A stretch of DNA of 64,000 nt, taken from NCBI GenBank assembly GCA_027923505.1, contig BROI01000010.1, positions 558,001 through 622,000 on the forward strand. The letters run 5' to 3'. Each line of letters begins with the position of its first letter. The first letter of the stretch is position 1. The notes beneath the pieces are model-generated. The model made no database searches and was not told the DNA's origin. It worked only from the letters and a program-made list of their open reading frames with translations. The position numbers and the translations under genes were made by a program. Below are positions 56,338-64,000 of the stretch, one piece after another. Origin of the DNA: Mayamaea pseudoterrestris (Eukaryota).

Positions 56338-58317
56338 TTACATCATTATAGTCTGCTTTTCAAAAAGGGCCAGCTGCGCGCTTGCGAGAAAGGCCGGCAG
56401 GCTATGAAACTTGGTCATGTATGCACTGCAGTGTGGCATGCTAAACAATTCCTTACCAAAGTCCGTGCTCATGAGATCCAATGACTTGACATCGTCTCCA
56501 TCTGGCCGACGAAGCATCAAATGATCATCTTCGTGTTCCGCGTACATGGAACGTACTCGAAAGGTAGGCTGACCGCCATTCGCGATCATGTCTACCTTAA
56601 AACCCGTCATTAAAAAGACTCCTTCGCGAAACAATGTGATTTGCTCCTTAAAACTTTCTTTCAGACGCTGGTTCAGTTTCTCAGGATCTAGAGATTGTTG
56701 TTTGGCAAGTCTCCCCTTCTCTCCCGTGACCTCTAGCTGTTGCCGGAGCATCTTGACCTCTTCCTTGAGAGCGGTGGTCAAGGGCGATTCCTTCATATGG
56801 AGCACTCGAGTAGTCTCTGGATTAAACGATCCTTTTCCTGCCAGTGCCTCGGCTTCGGCGGCGCGAGCTTCGGCTTGCTCTACCTTGGCTCTTTCCGCGT
56901 AGAGCGCATCCTTTAATTTTTCAAACTTTTCTCGCACCCGAGCAAGTTCCATCTGCGCATCTTGGTCATCTTTCATCGACTGATGAAGCAAGGTATCTAG
57001 ACGGTTACGATCCTCGACTGTCGCTGATAATTCCTGCTGCAAGGCCTCCATACGAATTTGCATTGTCTTTAATGATGTGTCCAGTTTTGGAGATGCGAGT
57101 ACTTCATCGGCTAGTGCCTCATCTGGGATGAGCGGCATATTATCAAATGTCTTGATCAATGCACGGAGGCTCCCAGTCTCTTGAAGGTAAATTGCAACTT
57201 TTGTTTCCAGCTCCGTCACCTTTTGCTTAGACGCCTGCAGCTCCGTCTCCAAACCCTTCTTCTCCGCGCATTGCTGATTATTAGTTGCTTGCATCTCGTG
57301 CACTCGCGCCTGCAAAGAATCCGCCATCTCCTTCAGTCGAGTGCGCTCGTCGTCACGACCAGCCAGAACCTTCTTCATGGTGTCAATATTTGACTGCGTC
57401 TGTTCCATGTAACGTGCCATCGTCGCAGCTTCCGGAAGGCCATCATCATGATGTAGCGCAATGTTTTGCCGCTTGAGTAAAGTGACAATCTGCCGTTCCA
57501 GCTGCTGCCACGACGTGCTCTTCGCTTTTAACGTCTCGTATTTGGACCGCACCTCGATCAATTCCTTTTCCAAAGGAGCAGCGCGCCGACTCGCTGCCAT
57601 GACTTCCTCCCGTTTTTGCAAAAGCACCTTGTTGCGATTAGCCAAATCGTCAATCTTGCGCTGCGACTGTCGCTCCTTGCGCTCCATTTCGGCCAAAAGC
57701 GTCCGAACCCGACAAAGTTCCGTCATGACGGCTGGCGGCGCCTCCTCCAAAGCTTTTGGCGGATTTTGCGGAGATGGAGCCGTCTTCTTTGCCATTGCTT
57801 CTGCGAAGTCTTTCTGAAGTCTTTCAAATTCCGCTTTCCATTTGATCTCATTATTTTCAAAGGTCGCCACGCGTTGCTCGAGATAATTGCATTTGTTTTC
57901 CCAAATGGCTACAGCGTCCGACTGGTCGTTCATGCTGTCATCATTCTCGCGTTTGCGTAGTTCCAGCTGGCAGCGTCTAACTTCCCCGAGCGCGTTGTTT
58001 CTCGCTTGTTTGAGCTCTTCCACAATCGATTCCGAATCTTGCTGAATGCGCTGCAGATTGCCTTGCGCCTCTTCAGCTTGTTCAACAGCTAGTTTGACTT
58101 GATCTTGAAGTCGTTTCTTGGCTTTTTCAAATTGCTGCTGCTCAGAGATGCGGCGGCTTCGCTCATATTCCGCTTCGGCCTGAAGGCTTTCGATTTGCTG
58201 CTGTGCAAATAGATCTATTAACGTTGAACGAGTCCGCTTGTTTGCGGAAGCGACATCTGCTGAAAGTTGCTGAGATGAATCAATTGACCGCTTGGAAGTT
58301 GGGCGATGAGCGGACAT
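56338..58317 (-). CDS. MAD1: Spindle assembly checkpoint protein MAD1
   Basis: Long coiled coil, Mad2-binding RVLHMKESP, RLK motif (QRLKESF), FREGVFLMTGFKVD and SLPAFLA end. Confidence 0.9.
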   Translation of the reverse strand: MSAHRPTSKRSIDSSQQLSADVASANKRTRSTLIDLFAQQQIESLQAEAEYERSRRISEQQQFEKAKKRLQDQVKLAVEQAEEAQGNLQRIQQDSESIVEELKQARNNALGEVRRCQLELRKRENDDSMNDQSDAVAIWENKCNYLEQRVATFENNEIKWKAEFERLQKDFAEAMAKKTAPSPQNPPKALEEAPPAVMTELCRVRTLLAEMERKERQSQRKIDDLANRNKVLLQKREEVMAASRRAAPLEKELIEVRSKYETLKAKSTSWQQLERQIVTLLKRQNIALHHDDGLPEAATMARYMEQTQSNIDTMKKVLAGRDDERTRLKEMADSLQARVHEMQATNNQQCAEKKGLETELQASKQKVTELETKVAIYLQETGSLRALIKTFDNMPLIPDEALADEVLASPKLDTSLKTMQIRMEALQQELSATVEDRNRLDTLLHQSMKDDQDAQMELARVREKFEKLKDALYAERAKVEQAEARAAEAEALAGKGSFNPETTRVLHMKESPLTTALKEEVKMLRQQLEVTGEKGRLAKQQSLDPEKLNQRLKESFKEQITLFREGVFLMTGFKVDMIANGGQPTFRVRSMYAEHEDDHLMLRRPDGDDVKSLDLMSTDFGKELFSMPHCSAYMTKFHSLPAFLASAQLALFEKQTIMM

Positions 58318-58594
58318 GTCTGTGTGTGCAAGGGTTAGCACGTATGATACTCATATACAGTAATCAAGGTGTAAAACTTTATACAAGGCGTTGCAACAGA
58401 GCGAAGAAAGAAGAAAGTGCCATGGTGGCAAACCCTCGTCTCGATTGAGTTTTCAAACACGCATGAACGTCGCACGACCACCCGCGCAGATTGATGATCA
58501 TCCATCACCATGGACTCCGCGTTTTTGCATTGTCTTCAACGCAATTTGCATCGTGAGCCAAGCTTGCGTACCGGTACAGTCGTGCCACTTTATA

Positions 58595-61500
58595 ATGGAT
58601 CAGGCAGCAGCTGCTCGTCGTCGTCAACGATCTCGTACTCCGTATACAACTGGTGCACTTACAGCTGCTAGCACAAGCAGCAACGAGGCGATCACTCATG
58701 ATAGCAACAAACATGAAACTACATCCATCTCGACGCTCCACGTTCGTACAGATCGTGCAGTGAATCCTACACGTTTGACTCGGGAGAATTCCGAGGCGGC
58801 GGAGGAGGCTGCGTCCATTCTAGCATCGGTCCGCAAGAGTGGCCAAAAGATACAGCAGCCGCAGCAGCAACGACACAATGCTGCTTCGTACCGGTACGGC
58901 GCAGTCAAAACCGAAGAGCATACGACGGAAACGATCATTACGCCCAACAAACTTGGGCTGAATGAATGCAGTACAAATGAGACGTTCTATACGGCGAAAG
59001 CTGGAGAAAGTAGTTTTTCCATAACGAAGGGTCGTGAGACGGAAACGTCCATGAAGGTAGATGCGCCGAAATTGTCGGCAGCGACGCAGCAATATACAGC
59101 AAATGCGGAGAGCAAAATGAACAAAACGAGCTCATCTGCGACAGATAGATGGCAAAAAGGACAGGAAGGAACAAACATATTGCCAAGGACGAATGCTGCT
59201 GTAGGAGTAAACAAAATACCAATTGCATTGAATGGTACAAATTCCTCTGTTCGATCCCAAACGGACACTCATGCACCACCACCACGGTCCTCGACACCTC
59301 TATTCCCACTAGTCTTGACGAGTCTAGCTCAACGTCAGCGCCAGCAGAAGCAGGATACGCCTTCGACGCTCTCGCCGCTACAAGCAACGTTAGCATACGG
59401 ATTTGACCATCGGAAAACACTGGCAGCAGACGAAGCAAATAACAGCAATCTAGTAGTTGCTACTACAACTGATAATGTGACTGTGGATGACTATGAGGAA
59501 GCAGTTGATTCCACGGCCGAGGATTTGGAACCGCTGCTGCTAGATGCAGTAATTGACGCGTCGTGTTTTCAGACCAAAGATACCATTATGTTGCGGTCAA
59601 AGGTTCTGCCAAACACGATGCAGGTGCCAAAGGCATTACCGATCGCCACTACTGCAAACGCTGATGGTGAGTCATTACCCATTGAAGCTACTGGACCTGG
59701 ACTTGGTCGCGCCAATGAGGCTTGGACATTGATGGTGATCGGCGACCAAGCAATCTCGTCACCTCTCCTTCGCTACGGCGACACTATATCCCTCCGCTCA
59801 GTGACAAGCCATCTATTTCTAGGAGTCAGACCAATTGAAGATGCTGGTACAATCTACTTTCAGGCTGGTTGCTTTCGTGCCAGTCCAGGAAAGGCCGAAC
59901 GATGGAGGGTTCTGCGAGCATTCACCCGTGGCAGGCCAGTTCGAGTCGGGACTGCAGGAGTTGAAGCACCGGCGACGAGGCGTTTAACTGCCCCCGTGCG
60001 ACCGGGAGACGGAGTTGTTTTGCGCAGCTGCCAAATGGGCGGCGTGATTTCTGTGCAAGCGAACGGCCAGATTTTGATTGTGACGGACTCCTACGACTCT
60101 AATCAAATACGACACGGTCGACCGGAGGAGGCGACGCTGCTTGGACGTCTTCAGCGACACAGCAAGCTTGTGCCTTCTGATTGTGAGACGATGCACTTGC
60201 TTCATGCAGTCACTCCGCCATTGCCTAATTGGGTTCTCGAGAGACCCGAAGCGAACTTAAAATATCTCGGCGAAATTCGCCCGTACCTGCATGTAGACAA
60301 TTCACAGCAAATTGGTCTGGAGGACGAGTGTATGAAATGTGATGCTGAAACATTGGCGGGAATGCACGCAAAAGAGCTTGCTCAGCCAAATGCGCAAGAA
60401 TATCTTGTAATTCCTGAGCTCCTCGGCTCATTCATGGGACTGGAAGGACAATTTGTTCAAGGAAAATCCGAAACCGACAAGTTAACATTTCGACTTGTGG
60501 ACTCAGCTGAATTTACTTTTGACACAGGCATTCGCAGCGTTGTCAATCAGCTTCTTCCTTTGTCGACTTACTTTGTTGAGCTTCAGGATTTTGTCACTTC
60601 ACATTTAAATCATCGATATGGGAAGGTGATGCACGCCTTTTGCGATAAGATTGATACTTCTTTGCAAGACTACCTTGTCTACATTTGCACTTTAAACGAC
60701 TTGTATCCTGGCTCTGGCAAGATGCTGCGCGATCTGCAAGTTGATCTTTTACCAACGTTACAAACCATGACCTTACTGCATGAGGCAATTCAGGTAGTTC
60801 GGGATACGTCGGGCGGCTCGCTGTTAAATGCCCTGCAGTCTGCAATGGATCAATTTAACGGGAATGTTGTTGCTGAGCGTATTGTCCATGAGTTGCTCAA
60901 CTGCGCTGCTACTCCTTACCTACACATGCTTTCCCGGTGGATAGAATATGGCGAATTGGACGACCCATTTGGCGAATTTTTGGTTCGTCGCAGCGACAAT
61001 GATGCTTTAAGAGAAAAGTACTTCGTAGTAGCTTCACAGGCACTCGATCATTTCTTTACGACAGCGTCGTCTATAAATAAGGTTATTGATACTGGGCGGT
61101 ATTGGAGCATGGTGAAGCCCGACGAGAAGGAACACAGATATGCCAACACAACACCTTTACGATACAGCTCCGATACAACTGCCGTGTTGGCGTACATAGA
61201 AGCGAGCTACCAGAAGGCGTCGGAGCTACTCGTGCATCTCCTCGTGCACGAAATAGATCTAATAGCCATTCTCCGGCTCATGAGGCGCTACTTCCTGTTG
61301 GATCAAGGAGACTTCTTCGTCAATTTTATGGACGCTGCAGAAGCGGAATTGCTCATGGGTGTCGATCTACTGTCGCGCGGACAAATCGAACACTGGTTCA
61401 ATACTTCTGTCCAGCTCACTGAGCATGGCGAGTTTGAACTTGCGAATCGCGATTATGACTCAAGTCGAAATTTTAGTTTGTCGCCATCCAAATTTCGGTG

Positions 61501-62524
61501 TTGTTTCGTGCGAGACAGCCTTATAGATGCAATTGACAAACAATGCACTAAGACCGGAGGGCAACAGACATTGGAACCGCCGACTCCTCTGCAGCATGCC
61601 TACGGAGACATGGTCGCGACAGGTCTCACTGGAGTGGATTCTTTTGTGATAAGCCTTCATCAAATACCCTTTCCAGCGTCCCTCGTGTTGGATTCTCAAT
61701 CAATGTCTCACTACCAGCTCCTGTTTCGCCATTTATTTTTCGCTAAACGTGTGGAGCGCCGCCTTGTTGGAATATGGCAAGATCATCAAGCCCTTAAAGA
61801 GCTGCAGTCGCCATCAATGCGGAGTCTGATTGGTCCTACCTTTCTTTTGCGAGCGCGCATGCTTCATTTTGTGCAGACTTTGATATACTACCTCGTAGTT
61901 GAAGTGATTGATACTAATTGGGCTGAGATGGAACAGATCATACGGACGCCTAATACCCGCAAACATCAGACAATTGATGATATCGTAGCAGTACATCAGA
62001 ACTTTCTCAGTAAGACACTGGAAGCCTCCCTTTTGACGAATATGGATCTTCTTCGAGCGCTGACGACCATACTCAATACTTGCCTCATGTTTAGCAAGCA
62101 AATGGATCGGTTCATGGGATCAACAAGTATTAACGAAGACAAGAGGAAGGTCGCGACAGAAAAGCGTCACTCGATGCAGCGAACGCTTAATTACCGTGAC
62201 AAAACGCGAGCCTCATTGACCCGCCAACGACTACAGGAGACGACGAAGGAAGAGCGGGTCGAGCGCAAGAAGCGATTGCATGAGCAGTCAATGCGAGTCT
62301 ATTCAGAGATCAAGAGTCCATCTTATCGAGCGATGATGGATCGCTTTGATGATGTCTTTTCTCAACAAGTGTTTAAATTCATGGCAGGACTTAAACATAC
62401 TGACCTCGACGCTGACATTCCAAGGGCCATGAATTTGGCGTTGCGCCTTGACTTTAAACGATGCGCTCAGTCTCTAGATATTGACACAGGTAGCTCCGAC
62501 GAATTGTGTCAGATGCAGTCATAA
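58595..62524 (+). CDS. GCP2: Gamma-tubulin complex component, GCP2/Spc97-like, with long N-terminal extension
   Basis: GELDDPFGEF, RYFLLDQGDFFVNFMD, YQLLFRHLF, LRARMLHFVQ and EVIDTNW. Confidence 0.85.
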   Translation: MDQAAAARRRQRSRTPYTTGALTAASTSSNEAITHDSNKHETTSISTLHVRTDRAVNPTRLTRENSEAAEEAASILASVRKSGQKIQQPQQQRHNAASYRYGAVKTEEHTTETIITPNKLGLNECSTNETFYTAKAGESSFSITKGRETETSMKVDAPKLSAATQQYTANAESKMNKTSSSATDRWQKGQEGTNILPRTNAAVGVNKIPIALNGTNSSVRSQTDTHAPPPRSSTPLFPLVLTSLAQRQRQQKQDTPSTLSPLQATLAYGFDHRKTLAADEANNSNLVVATTTDNVTVDDYEEAVDSTAEDLEPLLLDAVIDASCFQTKDTIMLRSKVLPNTMQVPKALPIATTANADGESLPIEATGPGLGRANEAWTLMVIGDQAISSPLLRYGDTISLRSVTSHLFLGVRPIEDAGTIYFQAGCFRASPGKAERWRVLRAFTRGRPVRVGTAGVEAPATRRLTAPVRPGDGVVLRSCQMGGVISVQANGQILIVTDSYDSNQIRHGRPEEATLLGRLQRHSKLVPSDCETMHLLHAVTPPLPNWVLERPEANLKYLGEIRPYLHVDNSQQIGLEDECMKCDAETLAGMHAKELAQPNAQEYLVIPELLGSFMGLEGQFVQGKSETDKLTFRLVDSAEFTFDTGIRSVVNQLLPLSTYFVELQDFVTSHLNHRYGKVMHAFCDKIDTSLQDYLVYICTLNDLYPGSGKMLRDLQVDLLPTLQTMTLLHEAIQVVRDTSGGSLLNALQSAMDQFNGNVVAERIVHELLNCAATPYLHMLSRWIEYGELDDPFGEFLVRRSDNDALREKYFVVASQALDHFFTTASSINKVIDTGRYWSMVKPDEKEHRYANTTPLRYSSDTTAVLAYIEASYQKASELLVHLLVHEIDLIAILRLMRRYFLLDQGDFFVNFMDAAEAELLMGVDLLSRGQIEHWFNTSVQLTEHGEFELANRDYDSSRNFSLSPSKFRCCFVRDSLIDAIDKQCTKTGGQQTLEPPTPLQHAYGDMVATGLTGVDSFVISLHQIPFPASLVLDSQSMSHYQLLFRHLFFAKRVERRLVGIWQDHQALKELQSPSMRSLIGPTFLLRARMLHFVQTLIYYLVVEVIDTNWAEMEQIIRTPNTRKHQTIDDIVAVHQNFLSKTLEASLLTNMDLLRALTTILNTCLMFSKQMDRFMGSTSINEDKRKVATEKRHSMQRTLNYRDKTRASLTRQRLQETTKEERVERKKRLHEQSMRVYSEIKSPSYRAMMDRFDDVFSQQVFKFMAGLKHTDLDADIPRAMNLALRLDFKRCAQSLDIDTGSSDELCQMQS

Positions 62525-62685
62525 CGGATCGACAACGAGATTGGCATTGTCCACTAGCTTACGCGAAGGTAGCTCTATCATGTTTGCACTGTTGGTTCTG
62601 AATCTTCCGTAACTAACAAAATAGTTCATAAGCACTATCTAGCCACGTTATTATTTTATACTTGAAAAGAGAACTATGTTGCTGC

Positions 62686-63513
62686 TCATAGCTCCTCCTC
62701 CTCCTCGTCGCTGTCCATAATATTTCGTTCGACAAATTCCGGTCCGCACAGCACGTTTTGGCCGCGAACAAAGCATCCATAGCCAGGACCAGTCGCATCA
62801 AAGTATTGTTTGCCCTTATAGGTTCCGTCATTTTGACCGATTGGCTCATCTAAATTCACACCGGCAAAGTAAGTTCGATCGCCATCGTCAAACGTTCCAG
62901 TCCACTTGACCGTTCCTCGACGTTTACCAGGTTCGACTTGGCATCGTTCTCCTATGACACAATGCGATACACTTTGTTTGTTGTACGTTTGAATCTGTCC
63001 CAATGTGAATTGCGGATTTTTGGCTTGCTGAATGCGAGCAAAGGCTCGCAAAGTATTGGGGCGAGCGTCGTATTCCTCGTCCGTTAGGCGAAACTTTTGA
63101 ACAAGCGCCGTATTCTCCAAAGCGCCTCCGCGAGATATTGAAAATGGATTATCGTCAAGACAATGGATCCGCATGCCGCTGCGGAGCATGGACAAGTTGT
63201 CGTAGCAAAGTTCACCCAAACATTCGTTGCCTTGGTAAATGACAAGCTGCTGGTTCGCCGGTGAAGTTCCCGTCGTTTGATGAATCTTTTGCTGGATATT
63301 ATCAAGTAATTGCTCATTCCGCTCAAATCTAATCTCAATGTGTCGTTGGTCGAGGTTGGAGTGGCTAAAATCAAGTAAGATGTAATCGCTATTTTGGGCG
63401 AAACCACTCGTAGTTGCAGCGTACGCGTGCGTATGATCTTGTGCCGTAATGTAACTGCGCAACGCAAGGAGATCGTGGTTCTTTATCTCAAGAGAGGGTT
63501 TACTAGATGACAT
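62686..63513 (-). CDS. TBCB: Tubulin folding cofactor B
   Basis: Ubiquitin-like N-domain, KFRLTDEEYDARPNT and CAP-Gly GVNLDEPIGQNDGT...YGCFVR, ending EEEEEL. Confidence 0.93.
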   Translation of the reverse strand: MSSSKPSLEIKNHDLLALRSYITAQDHTHAYAATTSGFAQNSDYILLDFSHSNLDQRHIEIRFERNEQLLDNIQQKIHQTTGTSPANQQLVIYQGNECLGELCYDNLSMLRSGMRIHCLDDNPFSISRGGALENTALVQKFRLTDEEYDARPNTLRAFARIQQAKNPQFTLGQIQTYNKQSVSHCVIGERCQVEPGKRRGTVKWTGTFDDGDRTYFAGVNLDEPIGQNDGTYKGKQYFDATGPGYGCFVRGQNVLCGPEFVERNIMDSDEEEEEL

Positions 63514-64000
63514 GCTTCTCTGTCAGTCAATACTGTAATGACCTCTCCAAAACTGCAAGTAGATTCGGAGGTGGCGATGTCTGAAAAAATTATGAATGGC
63601 ATCGAAGCTGCAGCGCGCGCTGGCGCGGCAGAACAAGTGAGGTTAGTACCGGTACGAGTCATCGCATCGACTTTTCTTCCGCACGACCACGAACACACAA
63701 CATCAAATAAATTATTGCTGCAGTTGTGATGTTTCATCACATCTTAAAGAATTGACCAACCATTAAAGTCACGACGCTTTTGATACTAGCACCAACTTGT
63801 CTATCACTCGTTTCGCTCGATCCAGCACCCAATCGACAACAGACAGTCGTGCGTCGTGCGACCAACAGTTTCTTTCGTTACATTACAGCATGTCATCGGC
63901 CGCTGAACAACAAGCATCTGCCGAAGGCAAGGCCAGAGCCAAAGACGCTGCTCGGGAGTCTCGATTCAGTTTTCGTAATTTCGCGGAGCATTCCATGAGG

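Noticed and set aside
1..64000. tRNA, rRNA or snRNA genes
   Set aside because: None recognised by eye; a covariance-model search would be needed to exclude them.

Overview
Eukaryotic, gene-dense nuclear DNA, most consistent with a pennate diatom. The evidence is short GT-AG introns, signal-peptide plus F/W bipartite plastid presequences, a diatom-type cyclin and CoDi-like copia elements. Positions 1-8.1 kb and 26.6-64 kb hold about 25 protein genes: multicopper oxidase, CtpA, ARFRP1-like GTPase, BTB pseudogene, DUF760/EF-hand, NDUFB7, AP-4 beta, SPT5, NOG1, cyclin, GOT1, plastid NusG-SAP, TrmB, D-glutamate cyclase-like, ESS2, MAD1, GCP2, TBCB and others. Positions 8.7-26.2 kb form a transposon island. 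Two same-family Ty1/copia elements with ~393-bp TG...TA LTRs are nested in an older antisense copia. A 1.3-kb Helentron-like insert carrying Pro/Ser repeats splits one LTR, and a CpG-eroded ~180-bp tandem array appears to be a fossil coding repeat. The best candidates for new biology are a YEATS-like domain fused to a COOH-NH2 amidoligase, a FAIM-like/UIM/clathrin-motif protein and a possible Pex26/APEM9-like peroxin. All domain calls are from motif recognition by eye, with no database searches. Much of 15.8-25.8 kb is riddled with small indels that may be long-read consensus errors.
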